26,781 bases of DNA, from positions 1 through 26,781 of the IMG/VR virus record IMGVR_UViG_3300044724_000934; one strand, given 5' to 3'. Below the pieces are notes generated by a model that made no database searches, was not told where the DNA came from, and saw only the letters and a list, made by a program, of their open reading frames with translations. Positions within the stretch are counted from its first letter, which is position 1. Every line of letters begins with the position of its first letter. Positions 17,101 to 26,780 of the stretch are shown one piece after another. Position numbers and translations under genes: made by a program. The DNA comes from a virus. Its lineage: Duplodnaviria > Caudoviricetes.

Positions 17101-18355
17101 GTGCATCCTCACCTATAGCTGGTATTCTACCTAGTGCATCATTTACTAATTCAAGATCTTCTTTAGCTATCTTATCAAGAGAAGTTCCATATTCTCTCTC
17201 TAAGACACTAATAAATTGTTTACCTTCTTGTTCAGCATATTTTGTTTCTGCTCTTAAACCATCCTCTAATTTTTCCATAGCTTTAAAAGATTGCTCATCT
17301 AAACCTTGCCTAGATGTAAACCATCGTTTAATAAATCCTGAATCTTTAGCATACTTACCACCACCAATAACTTTAATTGGTTGTTTAATAGTTGCTTTTT
17401 GTTGATAAGATCCATCAGCTTTCTCTACTACTTCTGTATCTATAAGTTTACCACTGTCATCTTTAGGTGGAGTAAGTACATCATCTTCAACTATAGCTTT
17501 ATTCTTTCCCTTTAATGCTTTATATCCAAAAGCAATAGCTTTAATAGCTCCTTCAGTTAGACCACCTATTCCTACTCCTTCACCAGCTTTCTTTAATAGT
17601 TTAATAGAATCAGCATCATCAGGATTAATAGCTAAAGTTTCTAAAGCTCCTTTTGTTGAGGGAAAAGCATCTATGAGAACATTAGCTAAGTTTTGATTTT
17701 TATCTGTAACAATAATATCTGATGCTGTGAATCCAGCTACAGTAGGAATAGCACCACCTAATGTTGTTAGCTTACGTGCATTAAGAGCAGGTGCAGCTTT
17801 ACCAATAACACTAGCTATTTTTAAACCTCCACCAAACAATGCACCTAATTCACCAGTTACTTCTTCAGCTTTAGTAGTAGCAGGATCAAAGGTAGTCTTG
17901 AGTGCTTCATAAGGTTTAAAGCCAGAGAGTGCATCATCTACATCACTAGCTACTTCTGCTACAGGTTCAGTGACTGCTTCAGGAAGAACCATTTCACCTA
18001 AGTCAGCAATGCCTGTACCTATACTTCTAATACCTGATTGAATAGCTCTAGTTGGAAAATTAACAATAGACTGAAAGGTAGACTCTTCCTGTTCTCTTAG
18101 GTGAGCAGGTATAAAAGAAGAACCAATACCTATGAAAGAAAGAGGAGAACTTTCAAACTCCTCCTTCATTTTAAAGTACTCTTTCTCTGCTTGAGAAGCT
18201 TGTTCTAAAGCATTATTAAATTCTTCTTTTGTAATATTATATTTTTTATTTATATACTCTTCAGTATTTTCTGGTGACAATTTGCCACTACCTAATAAGT
18301 CTTTTAAATCTTTATTTATATTTACAAAAGTCTCTGTATTATAAGACAAAGCCAT
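14177..18355 (-). CDS. Large internal virion (DNA ejection) protein, 1392 aa
   Basis: Long ORF, Cys-free and helical in character, at the end of the virion module. Function inferred from size and synteny. Confidence 0.7.
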   Translation of the reverse strand: MALSYNTETFVNINKDLKDLLGSGKLSPENTEEYINKKYNITKEEFNNALEQASQAEKEYFKMKEEFESSPLSFIGIGSSFIPAHLREQEESTFQSIVNFPTRAIQSGIRSIGTGIADLGEMVLPEAVTEPVAEVASDVDDALSGFKPYEALKTTFDPATTKAEEVTGELGALFGGGLKIASVIGKAAPALNARKLTTLGGAIPTVAGFTASDIIVTDKNQNLANVLIDAFPSTKGALETLAINPDDADSIKLLKKAGEGVGIGGLTEGAIKAIAFGYKALKGKNKAIVEDDVLTPPKDDSGKLIDTEVVEKADGSYQQKATIKQPIKVIGGGKYAKDSGFIKRWFTSRQGLDEQSFKAMEKLEDGLRAETKYAEQEGKQFISVLEREYGTSLDKIAKEDLELVNDALGRIPAIGEDAPEEVIKILKKKPSERTKKPKPPKPPKEGAKPRKKPKKPKKPRKISDEEVLDNYTAQVLAAARQRQDDALTKLPTNVADEVTRLRAIVDKNSKEITARGLGGNKGTTAAIDNKVGLYLTTDYEIFTNPQWLKRIKKTNAEKNIDDAEAFQIVQGVRDHVKNTNKKLNEAGVDEQVNRIISRFESGEEDFFKTLAGEGEAVGEHYLGKIITGRKYIPSDIRKLMKEVDNPVTRVSNTIDKQGRLIAEHQFLRDIREIALSDYGSKLFRTGSKFKGDDGIAMQAGKEVQTFEGELEDIANNYIRTLGPNANPLAGIFTTKSFKKKLAEGLDVNSPTNKLLKGLHGMQAWASGAQTVLSESTHLVNISGNIVMSAANGNMFPFRGGIKEMLTYSPDLNRLVNKTGAKIKIDPLEYKKLQEKGLVNSGVNQEFFARSLNDADFDKLLNSSNKALKYSSKLVDGLAKIYRAEDDIFKVFNYYQELAKYRKAFPNMSKAELEDYAADVVKNILPIYSRVPRFLKASRAVPIIGAFPSFLVESFRVGKNTAMMGARDFLNGIRTGNRKLMQIGAERMAGTIAVGTVGSGYLISGNEKNGITEDDNKVIDITSPIYDRNSVRSFNKPMMYNPKTGHIETNFYNVSRNNPYDAMLKFGKAIFQYGASGKLTDPNQIEDTVQKIGQVFDPLITESLAIEPFLNLLTGTKRGRSIYPESSGSILEAIQDRGKVVADELMPRFVPKTIIDIMNYQKAVDSREGKTKDAKGFPDLTQGERDYFGVATKSGYPARVADRIKRFYGLTQQTYDFNKSLQSTVNTEASAIKSIDTEMKSMLRKLSDRKEDLSKQETIDSIMNEVDGYVRKSLNAQRKLSGILNEAKKLTFFDNRKKDPKTGQMIRQRIDDRKLKAILSEKGYLNKQELVDTALVYRNQERGIFTPPLLSGDVIQKFEGMNKIPRELILMIQNRLIDYSRQSVPLIPREDKK
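16972..17078 (-). repeat. Lys/Pro low-complexity coding repeat (PKK/PKP units)
   Basis: GGCTTCTTA GGCTTCTTA GGTTTCTTA 9-nt units on +; encodes KKKPSERTKKPKPPKPPKEGAKPRKKPKKPKKPRK. Confidence 0.8.
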
Positions 18356-18367
18356 TATATATAGTAC

Positions 18368-20413
18368 CTAAGAAATTGGAGAAACTAAAGTTGGTGTTGG
18401 TTTAGGTTTTGGTATAGTAGCGTTATTCCCCGAAGGTGGTGGTGGTGGAGGGGATATATTTGTACCTTGAGTATCTTTTAAAAGTTGTTCTTTAGCATAC
18501 TCTGCTGCTTCAGAAGGAGTACGTTTACTACGTCTTGCAGCATTATAATATCCATCGTATTTAGCTTCAACTTCAGCTATTTTTCTATAATCATCACCTG
18601 TTAAATTTTGACCCTTATCATTCTTACCTGTAAAAACAGCTTTACCATCAACTAATTTAAAGTCTCCTTGAAATTTTAATGCACTTCTTATAACAGAATT
18701 TCTATCATTTAAATAAGGTTGAGTAATTTTATCTCCTTTATTCATACCACTAGCTTTAAGTCTAGCTGCATCATAAGATAAACCTTTTGCCATTAGTTCT
18801 AATACTTTTAACTGTGTTGAAGTGTCTAGTTCTAATAGTTTAAGTTGAAGTTCAGAACTTTCTTTAACATTATTTAGAAGTCTTTCTGACTGTTCAGACT
18901 CTTCTTTACTTTTAGCTCCAAACTTTTGTTGCTCTAAAGCATCTATCATATTATCTAATTCATTTGCTTTAGCTTCAAGCTCTTCACCAGTTACTGCTAT
19001 ACCTTGTGTAAACATCATAGCAATAGTAGGCTCTTTCATCCCTGCTGCAATACCTTTTTGTATAGAAGCAAAAGGATATCTCTCACGCCTTTCTTTTATT
19101 GCTGCCTCTCTTTTATTAAAAGATGCATCACTTAAATCAGTTTGTCTTTTATTAGCATCTCCAATCATTCTTGTTACGTCAACATCACGTTTAGAAATTA
19201 TATCTTTTTTTTCTTTATTACGTGAGCCAAGATCTCTTTGTAACCGTTCAAGTTCTGTAAAAAAGTTTGCTTGTCTTTGTTCACTATCAGACATAGTAGG
19301 TCTATCTTGAATTTCTTCAGTCTCTCTTATAAATCGTCCAATGTTTTCATCACTATCCATTGGAAAACCTTGTTCATCATCACCTAAACCACCACCAATT
19401 CTACGATTAATAACAGGAAGTCCTTCACCTACTTGTCCTCCTTCTTTAAAACCTCTCATACCTTGACCAGCAGCTCCAAAATTAAAAGCTTGAGTACCTC
19501 CTTTTGTACCAGCACCGTATATATTAAGACCAGTTAAACCAAGACCAAGTAATTGTTGTCCAGTACTAGGCGCACCGGGCAATCCAGTTGTTGATCCAGT
19601 TAATGCGCCTGTTTTAAAACTAGGAGCAGCCCCATAAATAGTACTACTATAATCTGCTAAAGTTTGTTTAGGAAAGTTTCTTTCTTCTAAGAACTTACCA
19701 TAAGCTTCATCTAGTGCAGACTGTCCTAATTGTCTTTTTTGTTCTCCTACAGTTTGTAATGCACCTTGTTCAGCAAGACCAGCTTGAAATAATGCTGGAC
19801 CTGTTCTAGCAACATTACCTGCCATTGTAGTTTCTCTAGCTTTTTGTTGTTCAAATCCTTGACGAGCATCTTGAAAAGCTTTCTGTTGTCCTTTAGCTTG
19901 TATGTCAGCAAGTAACTGTGATTGATTTCTTTGTGCTTCTGCCATCTCTATACCAGCCCTAGAACCTAATCCACTCATAGCTCCTTGTTGTACAGCTTGT
20001 GCTTCTAATCTAGGTAAAATATTACCTTCAAAGTTTCTTTGAGCTTCTCTTTTTTCTATATCAGTTACTGCTTGCTGATAAGGAGACATATATTGTTGTG
20101 CAGTATCACCTGTAAACTTTTCTGCTCCTTGTCTATATGTCTGTAAACCTTCTTGTAATAAAGGTGTAGTTGTTCCAGCAAGACCTGCTATACCAGCCAT
20201 AGCTTGTTGTTCTTCGGCAGTAAGAGGAGCTATTGTTTGACCTGTATAAGGATCATACCCTCTTTCTATTTCACCTTTATAAAGATCTTGTGCTTCACCT
20301 AAAACTTCTTTAACAAAAGGAGATAATTCCTCTGGTAGTTTAGTACTAACGACATTTGTAGTTGTTTCAGGTGTTCTATCACTGACACCGAATAAGGAAG
20401 ATAAAAATCCCAT
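18368..20413 (-). CDS. Internal virion / DNA transfer protein, 681 aa
   Basis: MGFLSSLFG start, Q/A/G-rich N-half with YMSPYQQAV, coiled-coil C-half and poly-Pro tail. Role inferred from composition and position. Confidence 0.7.
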   Translation of the reverse strand: MGFLSSLFGVSDRTPETTTNVVSTKLPEELSPFVKEVLGEAQDLYKGEIERGYDPYTGQTIAPLTAEEQQAMAGIAGLAGTTTPLLQEGLQTYRQGAEKFTGDTAQQYMSPYQQAVTDIEKREAQRNFEGNILPRLEAQAVQQGAMSGLGSRAGIEMAEAQRNQSQLLADIQAKGQQKAFQDARQGFEQQKARETTMAGNVARTGPALFQAGLAEQGALQTVGEQKRQLGQSALDEAYGKFLEERNFPKQTLADYSSTIYGAAPSFKTGALTGSTTGLPGAPSTGQQLLGLGLTGLNIYGAGTKGGTQAFNFGAAGQGMRGFKEGGQVGEGLPVINRRIGGGLGDDEQGFPMDSDENIGRFIRETEEIQDRPTMSDSEQRQANFFTELERLQRDLGSRNKEKKDIISKRDVDVTRMIGDANKRQTDLSDASFNKREAAIKERRERYPFASIQKGIAAGMKEPTIAMMFTQGIAVTGEELEAKANELDNMIDALEQQKFGAKSKEESEQSERLLNNVKESSELQLKLLELDTSTQLKVLELMAKGLSYDAARLKASGMNKGDKITQPYLNDRNSVIRSALKFQGDFKLVDGKAVFTGKNDKGQNLTGDDYRKIAEVEAKYDGYYNAARRSKRTPSEAAEYAKEQLLKDTQGTNISPPPPPPSGNNATIPKPKPTPTLVSPIS

Positions 20414-20416
20414 AAC

Positions 20417-21100
20417 TTAAACCCTTTCTATCATTGGACGTAGTGCAGCTAAACCATTTATTTCATTAGGTTGCTTATCTGTACCAAACGCCTTCTTTCT
20501 AATATTCTTAACCATTGAATCCATGTACCTTGCTCCTTCATCTGCATTACCATTTCCTAGTGCAGACATCGTATGAGCATCTACAACATACTCATCAGGA
20601 CTAACTGCTAGTGTTGCTACTTGCTGTCCTGCTTGTCGTTCTACTATAGGCATATAAACATTATCTTCCATACCATGACCTTGACCCGGAACCTTACCAC
20701 TAAAACCTCCACCTGCTGCCATACCTATAAGACCACGATCTTGAGGAGTTGCTGTTGCAGGATTAAAACCTAATGCATTCATACCTAAAGCCTGTAAATT
20801 AACAGGTGCTTCTTCTTTTTCTGGAACAGGCATTCGATCAATAAAAGCTTCTGTAATCTCTGTTAATAAATCAGTCTCAGTTCCATCTTTATCTACAACT
20901 CTTTTCTTAAGAATAGCATTAAGAGAAGAAGGAGGAGCTTGTGGTGGCATCATAGGAGCCTGTTGTTGCATCATAGGAGCTTGCTGTGGAGCCATAGGAG
21001 CTTGCTGTCTAGGAGGCATACCTTGAACTACCTGTGCATCATCTCTAAGAGTTGCAGTATTCATTCTTCTTTGAAGTTCTTGTAAGTCATTAACTGCCAT
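20417..21100 (-). CDS. Probable virion protein, 227 aa
   Basis: AAGGGFSGKVPGQGHGMEDNV...VSPDEYVVDAHTMSALGNG motif and a QAPM repeat region; lies in the structural arm. Confidence 0.75.
   Translation of the reverse strand: MAVNDLQELQRRMNTATLRDDAQVVQGMPPRQQAPMAPQQAPMMQQQAPMMPPQAPPSSLNAILKKRVVDKDGTETDLLTEITEAFIDRMPVPEKEEAPVNLQALGMNALGFNPATATPQDRGLIGMAAGGGFSGKVPGQGHGMEDNVYMPIVERQAGQQVATLAVSPDEYVVDAHTMSALGNGNADEGARYMDSMVKNIRKKAFGTDKQPNEINGLAALRPMIERV
20931..21020 (-). repeat. Imperfect 21-nt tandem coding repeat (QQAPM units, about 4 copies)
   Basis: Core CATAGGAGC(C/T)TG recurs at 21-nt spacing; encodes MPPRQQAPMAPQQAPMMQQQAPMMPPQAPP. Confidence 0.8.
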
Positions 21101-21332
21101 ATCTATACCCTATCTGCTGTAACTGATTAGCAGCAAAGTTATTTGTATCACTTTGAGTGTCGAACTTATTTACGTTATTATAATTATAACCTATTTTTCC
21201 TGTTTTCGCAAATTGTTCTGGTACTTTTTGCATAGAATTATATCTCATAGGATCTAATGTAAGACCTGTGTTTTGTAATCCTAGTCTTGTACCTTTATTT
21301 ATTAAGTCAAAATGCTCTGTAACTTTACTCAT
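21090..21332 (-). CDS. Hypothetical protein, 80 aa
   Basis: Start reassigned to ATG 21332 (TAATG overlap with the upstream stop; AGGA upstream). Confidence 0.7.
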   Translation of the reverse strand: MSKVTEHFDLINKGTRLGLQNTGLTLDPMRYNSMQKVPEQFAKTGKIGYNYNNVNKFDTQSDTNNFAANQLQQIGYRYGS

Positions 21333-21640
21333 TAGTTTAAATCCTGCCATGTTGTTGTAGCACCAAGACTTACATAGCCTTTGTACTTACCTTCATTCAA
21401 AGAATATATTACATTACCTTTAGCTGGTCTACCTATATCAGTTATGGTAACCACTGTAAGTATAGCTGTACTAGGAGCAGCTTCTACTGCAATATCTCTA
21501 CTGTCTATCTCTTCCACTAAAGCATTACCCCATCTTTGAATTGTTTCATACATATCTTTTAGTTCTTCTTTACTTGCTTCTGCTAGTTTAGTTCTGTTGT
21601 TACGATTAGAATAGAACGGTAAATTAGGATATCTTGCCAT
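21332..21640 (-). CDS. Hypothetical structural-region protein, 102 aa
   Basis: ATG-started ORF with single-base stop/start overlaps on both sides. Confidence 0.75.
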   Translation of the reverse strand: MARYPNLPFYSNRNNRTKLAEASKEELKDMYETIQRWGNALVEEIDSRDIAVEAAPSTAILTVVTITDIGRPAKGNVIYSLNEGKYKGYVSLGATTTWQDLN

Positions 21641-23823
21641 TACCTTGCACCATCACCTTGAAAAGCTAGTCGGATTGATCCCCATTCCCACTCAGCATTG
21701 TTTGATTCACAAGATACCCTAATCCTTGCTTGCCTTCCTCTCGCTCTAAAATCTATCTTAGTAGTTGTATTATCTATTGACTTAGATACTGTTGTTAAAA
21801 CATTTGACTCTGGATATTGTTTAGGACTAATCTTAAGTGTAAGATTATTATTATCACTTAATTCAAAGTCAGGTATTATTCTATTCATAAACATTAACTG
21901 ATTACCATCATCTATATCAAAGTCAGCAGACTCTATGAATGATACTAATGTTGCACCATCACCAGTGAAGACACCTGATGGTTCATTATCAAATAAGAAG
22001 TTACCTGTTGTTGTTGCACCTGTTGTTAATGTATTCCCAAATATTTCTCTATCTCTAAAGGTAGTAAAGAAGCTATCTCCATAGATCCAATAGTTATCTT
22101 CAGGATTAAATATAACATACTTATCACACTCAGTAGAACTATTGGATACATATAACCATACGATCTCTCTAAACTCTGAATTGATACCTGTATATACTTT
22201 ATCATAGTATGTAGTATTAAGATTATCAAATACAAACTTCCTTACGGTACAATCTAGGACTTGCACCTGTCCTGTGTTAGCATAAAAGTTATCAAAGCCC
22301 ATCCAGTATGTTGTACCATTGTAGTCTATTGCAGCATGTGGTCCTATGAGTCCACAGTTAGTACCTGCTTGACTAAACTTAAATATAAAGGGTGGTCCAG
22401 TAAACTGCATCAACCATAATGAGTTGTCTGTCCATATATTAATTGCATTCTTAGATCTTACTGCACCTACTATTCTTGTACCATCTGTGAGTACTACTTC
22501 ACCTGCTGTATTCTCTTTTGCTGGTGACCATGTACTCTTATCATCTTGATCAGACCATCTCACTAACATAGGATTAAATGCACCACTCACTGTAGCACTT
22601 GCCTCAAACTGGTTAGCCCCTAGTGCAATCACATGCCTGTCGTTAGGAGATACAATCAATGAGTTGACACTCACAGGTGATGTTGTTACTTGTGTGGCTC
22701 TCACAGGGCTTGTAGATAGGTCTACCTCAAAGTAGTATATACCACCACCCCTACGATTGATAAGAACATCCTCACCCCAGTTGTCCATACTCCATTGTGT
22801 GATATCAAGATTAACACCTTCACCTAATGTAGCTTCTGCATTCCAAGCTCTACCACTACCAGATCCACTAGTCTGTTTATATATTAAAGCAGTCATATTA
22901 AAACCAGATGTGACATCACCACTTGCACTTGCATTAGCTGCTGCACTCACAATGACTTGTGTACCATTTACAGACACAATAGAGAACTGTGGTCCTCCTG
23001 CTGCTGGTTTAGTTAAGTTAAGGTTACCACCTACTGTAGCAGCTATACTATCAATAGATGTGTTTTGAAATACTATAAAGTCATTTGCTGCACCACCGTG
23101 AGCAGATGCACAAGATATTGTAACCAATGCATTGCTACCAGTTGCAGTTATTTTGCTAATGCCTACAGAAGTAGGAGTAGCAGCATTATAAGATCCAGCC
23201 CCATATCCAAGTCCTTGTGTTTGTACTGACGTTCCAGTTGGTAAATAATAATTTATCTTAGCTCTACCTGATGTAATTGATGTTGCAGCAGCAGTCACAG
23301 AAGCATCAAAGGTAAATACATTTGTATCTATTATAGAAGTAATAGGAAATACTTTATTGTTTAATAGTATATTACTTCCTATTGTTACTGAAGCAGAAGT
23401 AAAATATACATAGTCTCCTTTCTTAGCACCATGACTACCATCAGAACAACATACTCTTGTTGATCCTGCACTTGTACCAAAGATACTTGTTAGTTCTACT
23501 GTTGTAACCAAAGGAGTAATATCAAATATGTTACCACCATTGTACTCATAAACCTTATCAGGTGTAGCAAACAAAGCTCTTCTTATATTTTCATCATCAC
23601 GCCAAGCAAGTAAAGCTCTAGCAGACCCATCAAAAGACCCACTAACAATAGGCATAACAGCCGTATCAGAAGCAGCAACTTTCTTCGTATAGCCACGCAT
23701 GTTCTCTGGTTTCCCAGAACGAAACCTAACACGGTTGCCATCATACCACTTACCTTCTTCAGCATACTGGGTACTCTCTCTATTGAAGCCCTGCTTGAAG
23801 TCAAATTTTGCTAATGTAGTCAT
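21640..23823 (-). CDS. Tail stabilisation / nozzle protein (P22 gp10- or T7 gp12-like), 727 aa
   Basis: Beta-rich. WSMDNWGED, LVRWSDQD, GTNCGLIGPHA, FIESADFDI and RARGRQ motifs. Lies between the fibre and internal protein genes. Confidence 0.7.
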   Translation of the reverse strand: MTTLAKFDFKQGFNRESTQYAEEGKWYDGNRVRFRSGKPENMRGYTKKVAASDTAVMPIVSGSFDGSARALLAWRDDENIRRALFATPDKVYEYNGGNIFDITPLVTTVELTSIFGTSAGSTRVCCSDGSHGAKKGDYVYFTSASVTIGSNILLNNKVFPITSIIDTNVFTFDASVTAAATSITSGRAKINYYLPTGTSVQTQGLGYGAGSYNAATPTSVGISKITATGSNALVTISCASAHGGAANDFIVFQNTSIDSIAATVGGNLNLTKPAAGGPQFSIVSVNGTQVIVSAAANASASGDVTSGFNMTALIYKQTSGSGSGRAWNAEATLGEGVNLDITQWSMDNWGEDVLINRRGGGIYYFEVDLSTSPVRATQVTTSPVSVNSLIVSPNDRHVIALGANQFEASATVSGAFNPMLVRWSDQDDKSTWSPAKENTAGEVVLTDGTRIVGAVRSKNAINIWTDNSLWLMQFTGPPFIFKFSQAGTNCGLIGPHAAIDYNGTTYWMGFDNFYANTGQVQVLDCTVRKFVFDNLNTTYYDKVYTGINSEFREIVWLYVSNSSTECDKYVIFNPEDNYWIYGDSFFTTFRDREIFGNTLTTGATTTGNFLFDNEPSGVFTGDGATLVSFIESADFDIDDGNQLMFMNRIIPDFELSDNNNLTLKISPKQYPESNVLTTVSKSIDNTTTKIDFRARGRQARIRVSCESNNAEWEWGSIRLAFQGDGAR

Positions 23824-23831
23824 ACCCTACC

Positions 23832-24731
23832 TTACTTGAAATCGTGTAACATTACAGCATCTATAGTCGTAGCACTTCTACAACTAAAGACTAATATACT
23901 TTGCGCTCCTGCTGATGTATCCATAACAGGTGCAGATCCTGAGACAAATTGATATGCTGAATTATAACTTAATGTACGTCCTCCTGTAGCATCTTGGATT
24001 ACTCTTATACTTCCTGACTGTCCTATGTTAGCACTCGTAGGTGCTGCTAATGTTCTATTACCACCTAGAGTAACTACAAAAGTATTACCTGCATCAAAGC
24101 TAGGTACGATAGAAGCTGCATCAGTTAATGTAACTGTATTAACATTAACAGGTCCACTTACATTGACTGCACTTGTAAATGCTGCTGCTCCAGTAATGGT
24201 TACAGTACTTGTGAATGTCTTAGCTCCAGTAATTGTTTGAGAACCAGTTATTGCTACATATCTAGCATCAGCTTGTGTTGTTGTTATAGCACTAAAGCCA
24301 GCAGCATTAAGAGTATTAACAGATGTACCATTCGTAAAGAAGTATCCAACACCACCTGTAGGTACTGTTACTCCATGTGTTTGTCCTGCTACTCGTAAGA
24401 CTACTGCATCACTTGCTGTTGTATTAGCTGACACTGCATTTTTAATTGCATAGGTCTTAGCTGCACCAGCAGGTAGATAGACAAAGATAGATGTATGCGC
24501 TCCACCAACTGTACCTGCAATTTCTAGAACAGCAGACCTAGACTGATCAGCACTTCCTTGATTCTCTGTTAGGGCTACACTAGATGTTGCTCCTACAGTT
24601 ATTGTTGTATATGATCCTACAGCTTGATCAACAAGGCTCAGTACATTATTAAGTATCTCACCCCATGTGTTAGCATTATCACCATCACCTTGCTTGGTCA
24701 AGCGAATATTTGTTGTATATGTACTAGCCAT
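23832..24731 (-). CDS. Tail fibre-like structural protein, 299 aa
   Basis: MASTYT...NANTWG N-terminus, QTITGAKTFTS fibre repeat, and C-terminal FVVTLGGNRTLAAP...QDATGGRTLSY domain. Confidence 0.75.
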   Translation of the reverse strand: MASTYTTNIRLTKQGDGDNANTWGEILNNVLSLVDQAVGSYTTITVGATSSVALTENQGSADQSRSAVLEIAGTVGGAHTSIFVYLPAGAAKTYAIKNAVSANTTASDAVVLRVAGQTHGVTVPTGGVGYFFTNGTSVNTLNAAGFSAITTTQADARYVAITGSQTITGAKTFTSTVTITGAAAFTSAVNVSGPVNVNTVTLTDAASIVPSFDAGNTFVVTLGGNRTLAAPTSANIGQSGSIRVIQDATGGRTLSYNSAYQFVSGSAPVMDTSAGAQSILVFSCRSATTIDAVMLHDFK

Positions 24732-25044
24732 TTAATTCACTCCCAGTATTCTTTGACTTATTTATTTTCATTCCTAAACTACCACTAAAGTAAATACAGG
24801 ATAACCCTCCAGCATTTTCTACCATTACAACGTAACCACTATCATTACTAAGAAAGACTTTAAGTACATTTAGTTTATCTACTAAACCTGTAAATATTAA
24901 TTGTTCTTTTTTAAATACTTTATTCATATTCTTTGTATCTGAACACGAAACAGGAACAACCGTATTCAGTATAGTTACATCTAAAGCATGTGAAGTATAA
25001 GGTATAAATATTAATCCTAAAGCTAGTAGTATTTTTTTAAACAT
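24724..25044 (-). CDS. Small exported protein with Sec signal peptide
   Basis: MFKKILLALGLIFIPYTSHA (basic, hydrophobic, then S-H-A cleavage site); two Cys in the mature part. Confidence 0.7.
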   Translation of the reverse strand: MFKKILLALGLIFIPYTSHALDVTILNTVVPVSCSDTKNMNKVFKKEQLIFTGLVDKLNVLKVFLSNDSGYVVMVENAGGLSCIYFSGSLGMKINKSKNTGSELNG

Positions 25045-25571
25045 TACTCTTCCAATTCAGGCCAATCATAAAGGATACCTGACTTATTACCATCACCATC
25101 CCACTTTAGAAACAAAGCTATAAAAGCATCCATGTCACTAGCACCATCAATAGCATTCTCCATCTCTGTAGCTTTAGTTCTGATAGCTGCTCTCCATGTT
25201 GCTATGTTGCTAGGAATAGCTTTATCTGTATCAGCTTTACGTACTACTGCCCAATCTGTCTGAGCTAGTAACGATGCTTGTTGTTCCTTTACCCTAAGTT
25301 TGTACTGACTCTTTAGACCAAGTACTAAGCTATCTCCTGAACCAGTATCATCTAGGTTTCTTGGTGTGATATTAGCTACACCATCAAGACCATTATCTAT
25401 CCAGTTATAAAACCTACTATCTGGTCTAGCCTCAAGAGTCACCTCAGTGATGTTCATTGATTTCTTATGAGCATCATCCCAGATATTCCAGTTCTTAGGA
25501 TGACGCACACCATTGTCATCAACCCAAGACTTTCCCGGTCTAATCTCTTTGGTTGCGTTATATAAAAACAT
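25044..25571 (-). CDS. Tail fibre assembly chaperone-like protein
   Basis: LLAQTDWAVVR...IPSNIATWRAAIR...YDWP. AGGAG SD; directly downstream of the fibre gene. Confidence 0.75.
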   Translation of the reverse strand: MFLYNATKEIRPGKSWVDDNGVRHPKNWNIWDDAHKKSMNITEVTLEARPDSRFYNWIDNGLDGVANITPRNLDDTGSGDSLVLGLKSQYKLRVKEQQASLLAQTDWAVVRKADTDKAIPSNIATWRAAIRTKATEMENAIDGASDMDAFIALFLKWDGDGNKSGILYDWPELEE

Positions 25572-25583
25572 TATATTCTCCTG

Positions 25584-26780
25584 TTATCTTCCTGTTATAA
25601 TTCTACCATCAGTATCTATAATGGGTGTTCCCATTGCTAAATAAGTATAAGTCGCACTGCTTTCATTAAGATAATAACTAGACCCTCTAGGCTTGAAACC
25701 TCCTGTGTCTATATCAATTATAGCTGCACCATGCGTTTGTTCTGCTGTATTAGCATCAGCTTCAAGAGCTTTAGTATTGACATTATACGGCAATCTTGAT
25801 GTATCATACATTGTCCACGGGCTAGTACGACTACTTGCTTTTATCATAATCCAAGATGGTTGAATAGAAACACCCAAACTGTTCAGGGTTGGAATAAAGG
25901 TTCCATCTGCATTTCCATTTCCAATATAACTTCCTACACTGATAAATTGCGAATTAGCGAAACAATAGGCTATATAAGTTTCGCTACTAGCATTTACTTG
26001 ATGATTTGATCCTACTGAAAATACTGAAGATGTAGGAGTAGTATCATTCCACATCGTATTATCATCTACAGTAGCAGCAGTAGTATTTAGAACAAGATAA
26101 TCTGTATTATCACCGTAATAAACAGCCCACGAATCAGTTACGCCAAGATTTTTTATAAACATAATATTTGGTGCTACGCCAAGTCCATGTCCTACTGTAG
26201 CATTTGCACCTGTACCAGTATATTTGGAGACACTTAGGCCAAGGGTGGTGTCCACGAGTGTTGCTGTTGTATTAATACTTCCATCTTCATTAGATGATCC
26301 GTTACCTGATGTGCCAATCATCCAGTTCCAAAGAACATAGCTTTCATTGTTGGTGTTTACTTCAACATCTGTACCAAGTGTAACGCCACCTCCAATAAAA
26401 GCTTTTACGGTTTGTGCATTTGTAACTTCAATATCGTTAGTGTTAGAGTGTAAATCTTTTGTTGCACCACGCACACGATCAAACAACATATGGTTATCAG
26501 TGGCATCTCTATTTTTTATCCAAGAGAAGGCACTCGTATTTGTGGTTGTGTCTGACTGCACACTTTGCTCTGATCCTGATCCTTCATACAAAGTTGTTTC
26601 AAAATATTTAGTTGTGTCAGATGCTGTGCGAGTTGTAGCTGATGCTATGTTAGCTGTAGTTAAAGGAGCGTAACCTGTTGGAGTTGTTAAAATCCAATCA
26701 GCTTCTTCTTTAAATAAAAAGTTTCTATTTGCAGTAGGATCACTATAACCAGTAACATAAAACTGATAAGACTTAGAAGT
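25584..26780 (-). CDS. Tail fibre / receptor-binding protein with repeated YTGxG...WIKxR domains (5' truncated by window)
   Basis: Frame stays open to the window edge (TSKSYQFY...PTGYAPLTTANI...YFETTLYEGSG). Three internal repeats: LYEGSG/WIKNR, KYTGTG/FIKNL and SYIGNG/MIKAS. Confidence 0.8.
   Translation of the reverse strand, partial: TSKSYQFYVTGYSDPTANRNFLFKEEADWILTTPTGYAPLTTANIASATTRTASDTTKYFETTLYEGSGSEQSVQSDTTTNTSAFSWIKNRDATDNHMLFDRVRGATKDLHSNTNDIEVTNAQTVKAFIGGGVTLGTDVEVNTNNESYVLWNWMIGTSGNGSSNEDGSINTTATLVDTTLGLSVSKYTGTGANATVGHGLGVAPNIMFIKNLGVTDSWAVYYGDNTDYLVLNTTAATVDDNTMWNDTTPTSSVFSVGSNHQVNASSETYIAYCFANSQFISVGSYIGNGNADGTFIPTLNSLGVSIQPSWIMIKASSRTSPWTMYDTSRLPYNVNTKALEADANTAEQTHGAAIIDIDTGGFKPRGSSYYLNESSATYTYLAMGTPIIDTDGRIITGR

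Noticed and set aside
536-26673. Short alternate-frame and antisense ORFs in the track (e.g. 809-1123, 2423-2701, 4750-4998, 6451-6693, 13884-14123, 22757-23068, 26347-26673)
   Set aside because: They lie inside well-supported genes, mostly use non-ATG starts, and show no recognisable motifs; treated as shadow ORFs.
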